DNA of 64,000 nt, taken from Bacteroidales bacterium (GTDB lineage Bacteria; Bacteroidota; Bacteroidia; Bacteroidales; GCA-2711565). The stretch lies in NCBI GenBank assembly GCA_963675215.1, contig OY775914.1, positions 3,672,653 through 3,736,652 on the forward strand. The letters run 5' to 3'. Both the position numbers and the translations under genes were made by a program. This document shows positions 48,288 to 55,895 of this stretch, piece after piece. How positions within the stretch are numbered: position 1 is the stretch's first letter; each line of letters begins with the position of its first letter. The notes below the pieces were generated by a model, which was given only the letters and a program-made list of their open reading frames with translations, was not told where the DNA came from and ran no database searches.

Positions 48288-48704
48288 CTAAACCAAAAAA
48301 CTTTCAATTGCCAACCTGTACGAATCTAATCCAAACCCACTTATCGAACCTTTAACAACCGGGCCAATTAAGGAAACGTGCCGGAAATCTTCGCGGGCAA
48401 AAACATTTGAAATATGCACTTCTATTACATCAGTAGTGATCGCTTTTATTGCGTCTGCAATGGCCACCGAAGTATGGGTGTATGCCGCTGCATTTAAAAT
48501 AATACCATCATACGAAAATCCAGTTTCCTGTAATCTGTTAACAATCTCACCCTCAATATTTGATTGATAATATTCAAGCCCCAATTGCGGGTAATGTGAT
48601 TTTAATTGCTCAAAATATTCTTCAAAATTTTGTTGACCATAAATGGAAGTTTCCCTCTTTCCTAGTAGGTTAAGATTGGGACCGTTGATGATTAATATTT
48701 TCAT
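48288..48704 (-). CDS. aroQ: Type II 3-dehydroquinate dehydratase
   Basis: 138 aa. MKILIINGPNLNLLGKRE, NAAAYTHTSVA, EVHISN. Confidence 0.93.
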   Translation of the reverse strand: MKILIINGPNLNLLGKRETSIYGQQNFEEYFEQLKSHYPQLGLEYYQSNIEGEIVNRLQETGFSYDGIILNAAAYTHTSVAIADAIKAITTDVIEVHISNVFAREDFRHVSLIGPVVKGSISGFGLDSYRLAIESFLV

Positions 48705-48809
48705 ACTAACAAAAGTATGGAATAATTTTTAAAGCCTAAATTTCTAAGAAAATAAAAAAAACAAAATCACATCTTCTGTTCGTATTTACTTCATTAAAAA
48801 ATAAATTTT

Positions 48810-48817
48810 TACCTTTG
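48810..48817 (+). promoter_or_regulatory. -7 promoter motif TACCTTTG driving the riboswitch leader
   Basis: Exact TAnnTTTG just upstream of the TPP aptamer. Confidence 0.5.
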
Positions 48818-48823
48818 CCAAAA

Positions 48824-48918
48824 CTATTCCAATAGGGGTGCCCAAAAATGACGGGCTGAGAACATACTCGTATAACCTGATCCGGATAATGCCGGCGTAG
48901 GGAAAAACTGAACGAATT
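48824..48918 (+). promoter_or_regulatory. TPP (THI-box) riboswitch
   Basis: AATAGGGGTGCCC...GGGCTGAGA...ACTCGTATAACCTGATCCGGATAATGCCGGCGTAGGGAA matches the conserved TPP aptamer core almost base for base (GGGGUGC, CUGAGA, ACCUGAUCUGGAUAAUGCCAGCGUAGGGAA). Aptamer ends are approximate. Confidence 0.9.
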
Positions 48919-48963
48919 ATATTTTCCTCTGTTGGTTTTTTATAAACATAAAAAATCAATAAA

Positions 48964-51333
48964 ATGAAAAACAAAATCAAAATTTTACTCTTACTGCTAA
49001 TGCTTCCGGCATATGTATTTTCACAATTTACGATATCCGGGAAAATTACTAAAATCCATTCCGGTGAAGGCCTCTCAGGAGCACATCTTAAGCTGAATCG
49101 AAAAGTCAGCGCTGTTTCAAAACCGGATGGCACTTACGCAATAAACAATCTCTCTTCAGGAACTTACCAAATTACCATCTCGTATTTAGGCTTCCGAACT
49201 CGTTCAGAAACGATTCAGGTATCGGCAAATTCAACTTTTAATTTTAACTTAGAACCAAGTCTGGTTTTGCAAGACGAAGTGATAATTTCCGCAACCAGGG
49301 TTGAAGACAAAAGCCCGACTACTTTTTCGAACCTGGCTAAAGAAGAAATTGCTAAAAAAAATTTGGGTCAGGACATCCCTTTCCTTTTGCAATCAATTCC
49401 TTCAACTGTTATTAGCTCCGATGCCGGAGCAGGAGTTGGCTATACTGGAATCAGAATAAGAGGAACAGATATTACCAGAATTAATGTAACACTTAACGGT
49501 ATTCCACTCAACGACCCAGAATCGCATGGCGTTTTTTGGGTAAATATGCCCGATTTTTCAAGTTCAATTGAAAGTGTTCAGGTGCAACGTGGTGTTGGAA
49601 CTTCTACCAATGGATCAGCAGCTTTTGGAGCCAGCATCAATATTGAAACATTAAATATGCGAGATGAAGCATATGCTGAATTAAATAGTAGTGCAGGCTC
49701 TTTTAATACTTTTAAAAACAATCTCATTTTTGGTTCGGGACTGTTCAATGGTAAATTTACTTTTGATGGTCGGGTGTCTAAAATCACTTCGGATGGATAT
49801 GTCGACCGTGCTTTTTCTGATTTAAAATCATATTTTGTGTCAGGAGCTTATTACGGCAAATCTACCATTGTTAAACTAAATATGTTTTCTGGCAAAGAAA
49901 GAACTTATCAGGCATGGTATGGAATCCCAAAAGATATGCTCGAAACAGATCGAACTCATAATCCCTACACTTACGAAAATGAAACAGATAACTATCAGCA
50001 GGATCATTACCAAATGTTGTTTTCTCAAAAAATTAATTCAGATCTTTTGCTAAATGCCGCTCTGCATTATACGCATGGTGAAGGATATTACGAGCAATTT
50101 AAAGAAGGTCGTGATTTTACAGATTACCAATTGGATCCGATTGTAATTGGTGGTTCAACCATTGAAGAAACAGATCTTATACAGCAAAAATGGTTGGATA
50201 ACGACTTTTTAGGGTTTACTTATTCATTAAAATATGAGAAGAATAAATTAAACGCCATACTTGGAGGTGCCTGGAACAAATTCTCTGGAGATCATTATGG
50301 AGAAATCATTTGGGCGCAGTATGCCAGTAATGGAGAATACAGGCATCGCTGGTATGAGAACACAGGCGACAAAACTGATTTTAATATTTTCGCGAAAGCA
50401 ACAGTGCAGGCAACTGAAAAACTTAGTGTTTACGGAGATCTTCAATTTCGAAAAATAAATTATGATATTGAAGGAATTCACGATGACTTAAGAGATATTT
50501 CACAAACCAATGATTTTAACTTCTTCAATCCAAAGGCAGGAATATTTTATGAATTGAACGAAGAGAACAGTATTTACACTTCTTTAGCTCTTTCGAACAG
50601 AGAACCAAGCCGAAGTGATTATCGAGATTCAGATGCCAATCATCAGCCTCAAAGTGAACAATTACTCGACTGGGAATTAGGCTATGCCTACAAAACAGCC
50701 AAGTTAAATTTGAATGCCAGTTTTTATTTTATGAATTATAAAGATCAATTGGTATTAACCGGAGAAATAAATGATGTTGGAGCTGCCATTTTAACTAATG
50801 TTGAAAAAAGTTATCGTTCAGGCATTGAGATCTATGGAGGTGTTCAACTTTCATCTAATCTTGAATGGGAATTCAATGCGACTTTAAGCGAAAATAAAAT
50901 AAAAGACTTCACTACTTATGTCGACAATTGGAGCCCACCCTACGCTCAAATCCCTGAAAACCTAGGAAAGACTAATTTATCCTTTTCTCCTTCACTCATT
51001 GCCGGATCGACCATAAGCTTAAACCCAGGTGATGTATTTCAAATTCGATTCATTTCAAAATACGTTAGCAGGCAATACATTGACAATACAGCTAACAAAT
51101 CAAGAAGTTTAGACCCTTATTTTATAAACAATTTGCATTTTGAATATGAATTTAATACTGATTTTGTTAAAGGAATTACGGCTCGTTTAATGCTTAACAA
51201 TTTATTTAACGAAAAATATGAAACCAATGCCTGGGTTTACAGATACTTTAGTGAGGGTGCAGAATATGCAATGGATGGGTATTTCCCACAAGCCGGGATA
51301 AATTTGATGGCGGGTTTATCTATACGTTTCTAG
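48964..51333 (+). CDS. TonB-dependent receptor with an N-terminal carboxypeptidase-regulatory-like domain; TPP-riboswitch-controlled, so a likely thiamin(-precursor) outer-membrane transporter
   Basis: 789 aa, signal peptide, plug domain (DEVIISATR, GIRIRG), C-terminal ...GLSIRF. Confidence 0.88.
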   Translation: MKNKIKILLLLLMLPAYVFSQFTISGKITKIHSGEGLSGAHLKLNRKVSAVSKPDGTYAINNLSSGTYQITISYLGFRTRSETIQVSANSTFNFNLEPSLVLQDEVIISATRVEDKSPTTFSNLAKEEIAKKNLGQDIPFLLQSIPSTVISSDAGAGVGYTGIRIRGTDITRINVTLNGIPLNDPESHGVFWVNMPDFSSSIESVQVQRGVGTSTNGSAAFGASINIETLNMRDEAYAELNSSAGSFNTFKNNLIFGSGLFNGKFTFDGRVSKITSDGYVDRAFSDLKSYFVSGAYYGKSTIVKLNMFSGKERTYQAWYGIPKDMLETDRTHNPYTYENETDNYQQDHYQMLFSQKINSDLLLNAALHYTHGEGYYEQFKEGRDFTDYQLDPIVIGGSTIEETDLIQQKWLDNDFLGFTYSLKYEKNKLNAILGGAWNKFSGDHYGEIIWAQYASNGEYRHRWYENTGDKTDFNIFAKATVQATEKLSVYGDLQFRKINYDIEGIHDDLRDISQTNDFNFFNPKAGIFYELNEENSIYTSLALSNREPSRSDYRDSDANHQPQSEQLLDWELGYAYKTAKLNLNASFYFMNYKDQLVLTGEINDVGAAILTNVEKSYRSGIEIYGGVQLSSNLEWEFNATLSENKIKDFTTYVDNWSPPYAQIPENLGKTNLSFSPSLIAGSTISLNPGDVFQIRFISKYVSRQYIDNTANKSRSLDPYFINNLHFEYEFNTDFVKGITARLMLNNLFNEKYETNAWVYRYFSEGAEYAMDGYFPQAGINLMAGLSIRF

Positions 51334-51431
51334 CTTAGACTGAGAATATAATTGTAAAATGCTTCTTTAAATTTAGTAAATTTGTATATTCTCACCTTAA
51401 AATTAGCTACTAACCAAAAAATGAAAATATT

Positions 51432-52268
51432 ATGGCACAACCAGAAGAAATTAATTTAAAAAAAGTATTACCCATTGGGATTATCGTCCTTGCGGTTATC
51501 CTCCTTATAATTTTTTGGAGTCGAATGACCGTTACCATAGACGCAGGTCACGACGGTGTATTATTTAAAACATTTGGAGGTGGAATCGATACTGAGAACA
51601 CCTATGGAGAAGGATTCCATTTTATTGCTCCCTGGAATAAAATGATTATTTATGAGACACGGCAACAGGAAATTGCGGAAGAGTTAAATGTATTATCCTC
51701 AAACGGACTGGAAATCAGGGTTGATGTTTCTGCATGGTATTTACCATTGGCCAGCGAATTAGGTTTCTTGCATAGTATGATAGGAACTGATTATTTGCAC
51801 CGAGTTGTAATCCCTGCATTACGATCATCTGCCCGTAATGTAATTGGGCGTTATACCCCCGAACAAATTTATTCTACTAAACGTGATGCGATTCAGGATG
51901 AAATATTTGTTGAAACAAAAAAACTTTTAGATGATAAGCATGTTCAATTAAATCAAATTCTAATTAGATCTATCATATTGCCTCCAACCATCAAGAATGC
52001 GATCGAAGGTAAATTAAAGCAAGAACAAGAATCTCTTGAATATGAATTCAAGTTACAAATTGCCCAAAAAGAAGCCGAGCGTCAAAGAATTGAAGCAGAA
52101 GGTAAAGCAACTGCAAATAGGGTTTTAAGTGCAAGTATTACTTCAAATATATTAAGAGATAAAGGAATTGAAGCTACCTTACGACTAGCCCAATCAGCAA
52201 ATGCAAAAATTGTTGTTATTGGTAACAGCGGAGATGGTATGCCACTAATATTAGGTGACATAAAATAA
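51432..52268 (+). CDS. SPFH/Band-7 (prohibitin/HflC-like) membrane protein
   Basis: 278 aa, N-terminal anchor, SPFH core, C-terminal coiled coil (KEAERQRIEAEGKA). Confidence 0.85.
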   Translation: MAQPEEINLKKVLPIGIIVLAVILLIIFWSRMTVTIDAGHDGVLFKTFGGGIDTENTYGEGFHFIAPWNKMIIYETRQQEIAEELNVLSSNGLEIRVDVSAWYLPLASELGFLHSMIGTDYLHRVVIPALRSSARNVIGRYTPEQIYSTKRDAIQDEIFVETKKLLDDKHVQLNQILIRSIILPPTIKNAIEGKLKQEQESLEYEFKLQIAQKEAERQRIEAEGKATANRVLSASITSNILRDKGIEATLRLAQSANAKIVVIGNSGDGMPLILGDIK

Positions 52269-52294
52269 TTTCAAAGTTTCTCAAAACATTAATG

Positions 52295-52328
52295 CCCGAT
52301 ATCTGAAAATGGTATCGGGTTCTTTTTT
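52295..52328 (+). terminator. Intrinsic terminator
   Basis: Stem cccgata / tatcggg, 11-nt loop, then ttctttttt. Confidence 0.8.
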
Positions 52329-52364
52329 AACACATTTTTAGCATTTTCCAAAAACGATAAGTAT

Positions 52365-52372
52365 TATCTTTG
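52365..52372 (+). promoter_or_regulatory. -7 promoter motif TATCTTTG for smpB
   Basis: Exact TAnnTTTG. ATG at 52389, 16 nt after the motif. Confidence 0.5.
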
Positions 52373-52388
52373 CCTCAAGTCATAGCAC

Positions 52389-52838
52389 ATGAATCAAAAC
52401 ATTAAAATAAAAAACAGGCGTGCAAGTTTTGAATATTTTTTGGTTGAACGTTTGATTGCCGGAATCCAATTAACAGGAACTGAAATCAAATCAATCAGAG
52501 AAGGTAAAGCAAATCTTTCAGATGCTTATTGCTCTTTTAATGGACTGGAGCTTTATGTTCGAAATATGCATATAGCCGAGTACACCATGGGAACTTATAA
52601 TAATCACGAACCCAAGCGGGATCGGAAATTATTATTGAATAAACGTGAACTTAAAAAGCTTTCGACCAAAGTAAAAGAAAAAGGATTTACAATTATTCCT
52701 GTTTCATTATTTATAAATGAAAGAGGTTTGGCAAAATTGGAGATCGCTTTAGCAAAAGGAAAGCATACCTACGACAAGAGAGAAAGTTTAAAACAAAAAG
52801 ATTCGAAACGGGAAATAGAAAGATCGCGCGAATCGTAA
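52389..52838 (+). CDS. smpB: SsrA-binding protein
   Basis: 149 aa. [26 protein letters not shown]. Confidence 0.95.
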   Translation: MNQNIKIKNRRASFEYFLVERLIAGIQLTGTEIKSIREGKANLSDAYCSFNGLELYVRNMHIAEYTMGTYNNHEPKRDRKLLLNKRELKKLSTKVKEKGFTIIPVSLFINERGLAKLEIALAKGKHTYDKRESLKQKDSKREIERSRES

Positions 52839-52851
52839 CTAAATCAACACA

Positions 52852-53385
52852 ATGAAAAAATTACTAATACTTACAATTTCACTTTTTCTGGCTTTAAACA
52901 TAATGGCTCAAGACGAAGATGACTCGAAAATAAAATGGTACACTTTTGAAGAAGCCATTGATCTTTTAGAAAAAGAACCGAAAAAAGTTTTTATCGATGT
53001 TTATACCGATTGGTGTGGCTGGTGTAAGAAAATGGATAAAGATACTTTTTCACATCCCGATATTGTGAAATACATGAATAAAAACTATTACGCGGTTAAG
53101 TTTAATGCTGAAGGAACAAAACCTGTAACCTTTAAAGGCACTGAATTTATAAATGAAAACAAAGGACGTAGACCAACCCATCAATTGGCGCAAGCTTTAT
53201 TAAATGGCAGAATGTCCTATCCATCATACGTATTTATGAATGAAAAATCTGAGTTAATAACTATTGTTCCCGGGTATATGGAAGCAAAAACTTTTGATCC
53301 AATTTTACATTTTTTTGCGGAAGATAAATTTTTGACAGAAAAATGGGAAGCTTATAATGCTAAATTTGAAAGTGCGATAAAATAA
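52852..53385 (+). CDS. Secreted thioredoxin-fold protein (WCGWC)
   Basis: Signal peptide and VYTDWCGWCKKMD redox motif. Confidence 0.75.
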   Translation: MKKLLILTISLFLALNIMAQDEDDSKIKWYTFEEAIDLLEKEPKKVFIDVYTDWCGWCKKMDKDTFSHPDIVKYMNKNYYAVKFNAEGTKPVTFKGTEFINENKGRRPTHQLAQALLNGRMSYPSYVFMNEKSELITIVPGYMEAKTFDPILHFFAEDKFLTEKWEAYNAKFESAIK

Positions 53386-53398
53386 AGAGCACAAAAAA

Positions 53399-53425
53399 AG
53401 CCCACCAATATGGAGGGCTTTTTTT
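53399..53425 (+). terminator. Intrinsic terminator
   Basis: agcccacc / ggagggct stem (one mismatch) followed by a T7 run. Confidence 0.75.
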
Positions 53426-53441
53426 ATTTGTGTAAAAATGG

Positions 53442-53624
53442 TTATTGTGTTAAAACATCAAGTTTTAATGTTCTACGTTGATAAGAGATGAAGCAGAATG
53501 CTCCAGCCCCTCCACTACTATACCTCATAAAACCGGTAAAACCATACTCAGGATTTGTAATAATTTCCTTGATACTATTTCTTGAGATGAACCCTACGTT
53601 GTCTAAATAATAGTTAAAAGCCAT
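53442..53624 (-). CDS. Hypothetical 60-aa ORF (doubtful)
   Basis: ORF only. No motif, promoter or homology recognised. Lies between two terminators. Confidence 0.2.
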   Translation of the reverse strand: MAFNYYLDNVGFISRNSIKEIITNPEYGFTGFMRYSSGGAGAFCFISYQRRTLKLDVLTQ

Positions 53625-53731
53625 GATTTTCTAGTTTTAAGTTGCCTAGTTTATTCCGAAAGTCGTTAAAAGGTAACCCTCTATTTGAAAATAATTTTAA
53701 ATTTTCTTTTAAACCCTTGATATGTAGTGGT

Positions 53732-53773
53732 AAAAAAGCAGATAAAGCCTCCCACAGTTTAATGGGGAGGCTT
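53732..53773 (-). terminator. Possible distal terminator closing the tRNA-His repeat array
   Basis: Minus strand: 9-bp stem aagcctccc / gggaggctt, with a T6 run 8 nt downstream. The spacing is non-ideal. Confidence 0.4.
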
Positions 53774-53780
53774 AATGTCT

Positions 53781-54140
53781 GGGTAAATGATGGGACTTCC
53801 TCCTTCGCTTCGCTGCGGCGGATAAACTTCTCGTCCCATTCAGGATAAGATAACCTTGCACAAACAAAAAAGAGCGGCCAAAATGAACGCTCTTTAACTT
53901 GGGTGAATGATGGGACTCCCTCCTTCGCTTCGCTGCGGCGGATAAACTTCTCGTCCCTTTCAGGATAAGATAACCTTGCACAAACAAAAAAGAGCGGCCA
54001 AAATGAACGCTCTTTAACTTGAGTGAATGATGGGACTTCCTCCTTCGCTTCGCTGCGGCGGATAAACTTCTCGTCCCTTTCAGGATAAGATAACCTTGCA
54101 CAAACAAAAAAGAGCGGCCAAAATGAACGCTCTTTAACTT
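53781..54140 (-). repeat. Three tandem 120-bp repeats distal to tRNA-His, each containing a copy of the 3'-terminal 17 nt of the tRNA plus a terminator hairpin
   Basis: Units at 53781-53900, 53901-54020 and 54021-54140 align position for position, with 2-3 mismatches per 120 nt between neighbours. Each starts (plus strand) g[g/a]gt[g/a]aatgatgggact, the same as the tRNA-His gene 3' end at 54141-54157. Confidence 0.95.
54104..54133 (-). terminator. Intrinsic terminator immediately after tRNA-His (repeated at 53984-54013 and 53864-53893)
   Basis: Minus strand: AGAGCG-TTCATTTTGGC-CGCTCT followed by TTTTTTG, starting 8 nt after the tRNA 3' end. Confidence 0.6.
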
Positions 54141-54141
54141 G

Positions 54142-54216
54142 GGTGAATGATGGGACTCGAACCCACGACCCCCGGAACCACAATCCAGTGCTCTAACCAA
54201 CTGAGCTACAATCACC
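54142..54216 (-). tRNA. tRNA-His (anticodon GUG) with encoded G-1
   Basis: Reverse complement G-GTGATTG-TA-GCTC-AGTTGGTTA-GAGC-A-CTGGA-TTGTGGT-TCCGG-GGGTC-GTGGG-TTCGAGT-CCCAT-CATTCAC-C. G-1:C73 is typical of bacterial tRNA-His. One U-U mismatch in the acceptor stem. Confidence 0.88.
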
Positions 54217-54230
54217 ATTTTTAAGGAGTG

Positions 54231-54238
54231 CAAATATA
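54231..54238 (-). promoter_or_regulatory. -7 promoter motif TATATTTG for tRNA-His
   Basis: Exact TAnnTTTG on the minus strand, 14 nt upstream of G-1. Confidence 0.45.
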
Positions 54239-54344
54239 CAATAATAATTTTTATTTAATAAAATTTTTAATCCAAAAAAAATATTGAGAACACTACTTAA
54301 ATTAGCCTTTTAATTACATTTGTATTTATTCATTAACTGCATCC

Positions 54345-55586
54345 ATGTTATTTAGAAGAAAAGCATATACAACAGGCACCTCACTTTCAAAACTGGCATG
54401 GAAGAAGTTATTAAATAATAAGATTGGTATTGGCTCCTTAATTTTTATTGTGCTTATTTTGATTGTAACCATACTTGGTTATCTCATCACTCCCGACTCG
54501 TCGCCCTATGCAAATTCTCAATCGCTAGAACTGGCTTCACTAAAACCCGGGAGCAGGATCAATGTATTAAATGTTACTCAGAACAGATTCCGGTCGAGAA
54601 AGAATTTGATTCAAAAGATGTTATTTGGGCAAACATTAAATTATGATGCCATCTCCTATTCTGCTTATAAATTCGAAGCTGACAAGATCATATTAACTGA
54701 ATTCGCGCAAGATTCAATAAGTGACCTTCAAGAATTTGTTTTTCTGCTTGCGGACGTATACGAATCAATCCTCCTCAATACTTATTTATATGATCATGAG
54801 GAAAACACAGTGAGTTACTTAACAGTTGATTCCATAAATAAAAGCTACACAGTTATTGATTTACAAAGATTAGTTTCAGAAAAACACCTAACAACCAAAT
54901 CCTTTTTACTTGGTTCCGATCGCTATGGACGAGATTACCTCAGCCGTTTGATGATTGGAGCCAGGGTTAGCCTTTCTGTAGGATTCATCTCAGTATCCAT
55001 TGCACTTCTTATTGGTATTTTATTAGGCTCATTAGCAGGCTTCTTTCGTTCGTGGATCGATCATTTAATTGTTTGGCTAATCAATGTCGTATGGTCGATT
55101 CCAACATTACTTTTGGTCATCGCAATAACTTTTGCACTTGGTCGTGGATTTTGGCAGGTTTTTATCGCTGTTGGGTTAACCATGTGGGTTGAAATCGCCC
55201 GAATTGTGCGAGGGCAAATACTCACCATACGAGAGAAAGAATATGTTGAAGCTGGAAAAGCATTGGGATTTAAAAACTTTCGAATCATTTTTAATCACAT
55301 CCTGCCCAATATTATGAGCCCGATAATTGTAATCTCGGCAGCTAATTTTGCTGCAGCTATTTTAATTGAAGCGGGGTTAAGTTTTCTTGGGATAGGTGTT
55401 CAACCACCCATGCCTTCGTGGGGAACCATGATTAAAGAAAACTATGCTTACATTATTTTAGATTCTGCTTATTTGGCTATTTTACCGGGCATTGCCATCA
55501 TGTTAATGGTTTTAGCCTTTATGTTGCTAGGCAATAGTTTAAGAGAAGCTTTGGATGTTAAAACCAAAAATAAAGTTGACCCATAA
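54345..55586 (+). CDS. ABC transporter permease, peptide/nickel (DppC/OppC) type, with a long N-terminal extracytoplasmic loop
   Basis: 413 aa. EAA-like loop EYVEAGKALGFKNFRIIFNHILPN and BPD_transp_1-type TM layout. No partner ABC genes are adjacent. Confidence 0.85.
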   Translation: MLFRRKAYTTGTSLSKLAWKKLLNNKIGIGSLIFIVLILIVTILGYLITPDSSPYANSQSLELASLKPGSRINVLNVTQNRFRSRKNLIQKMLFGQTLNYDAISYSAYKFEADKIILTEFAQDSISDLQEFVFLLADVYESILLNTYLYDHEENTVSYLTVDSINKSYTVIDLQRLVSEKHLTTKSFLLGSDRYGRDYLSRLMIGARVSLSVGFISVSIALLIGILLGSLAGFFRSWIDHLIVWLINVVWSIPTLLLVIAITFALGRGFWQVFIAVGLTMWVEIARIVRGQILTIREKEYVEAGKALGFKNFRIIFNHILPNIMSPIIVISAANFAAAILIEAGLSFLGIGVQPPMPSWGTMIKENYAYIILDSAYLAILPGIAIMLMVLAFMLLGNSLREALDVKTKNKVDP

Positions 55587-55669
55587 GCGCTGAAGACCTT
55601 AGCAATGAAGTAATTTAACAGCCTTCAATTTAATAAGAAATAATTTGGATTATTTTAATAAAAAAATAT

Positions 55670-55677
55670 TACCTTTG
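55670..55677 (+). promoter_or_regulatory. -7 promoter motif TACCTTTG for tRNA-Leu
   Basis: Exact TAnnTTTG, 23 nt upstream of the tRNA 5' end. Confidence 0.45.
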
Positions 55678-55700
55678 CAGACCTAAAAACGACCATGAAT

Positions 55701-55782
55701 GCGGATGTGGCGTAATTGGTAGCCGCGCTAGACTTAGGATCTAGTGCCGAGAGGCGTGGGGGTTCGAGTCCCTTCATCCGCA
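55701..55782 (+). tRNA. tRNA-Leu (anticodon UAG)
   Basis: GCGGATG acceptor / CATCCGC-A, CTAGA-CTTAGGA-TCTAG anticodon arm, long variable arm, GGTTCGAGTCC T-loop. Confidence 0.9.
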
Positions 55783-55793
55783 CAAAAAATGAA

Positions 55794-55826
55794 AACCTTA
55801 GTTCCGAAAAAGGGCTAAGGTTTTTT
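55794..55826 (+). terminator. Intrinsic terminator after tRNA-Leu
   Basis: 8-bp stem aaccttag / ctaaggtt followed by a T-run. Confidence 0.8.
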
Positions 55827-55862
55827 AAATAACTGAAACTCAGTAATTATAAATTTTATATT

Positions 55863-55870
55863 TATCTTTG
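55863..55870 (+). promoter_or_regulatory. -7 promoter motif TATCTTTG for tig
   Basis: Exact TAnnTTTG, 25 nt upstream of the ATG at 55896. Confidence 0.5.
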
Positions 55871-55895
55871 CAGCTCCATTTAAAACTCATCATTA

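Noticed and set aside
48786-49133. 115-aa minus-strand ORF
   Set aside because: It lies antisense to the TPP riboswitch and to the signal peptide region of the TonB-dependent receptor. The riboswitch match explains the sequence conservation.
53442-53780. Possible frameshifted gene remnant: the non-repeat tail of the 189-aa ORF abuts the 60-aa ORF in a +1 frame at 53614-53624
   Set aside because: The upstream part crosses the distal terminator hairpin. Neither part shows any recognisable motif (no integrase/recombinase signature). Nothing supports it beyond the frame juxtaposition.
53614-54233. Two long minus-strand ORFs (189 aa and 153 aa) with a 40-aa repeating peptide spanning the tRNA-His repeats
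   Set aside because: Both stay open only because the 120-bp repeat period is a multiple of 3. Both start inside the tRNA-His gene and run through four terminator hairpins. I saw no promoter or sensible N-terminus. They are treated as repeat artefacts, though the E. coli tyrT/tpr precedent means a small protein cannot be fully excluded.
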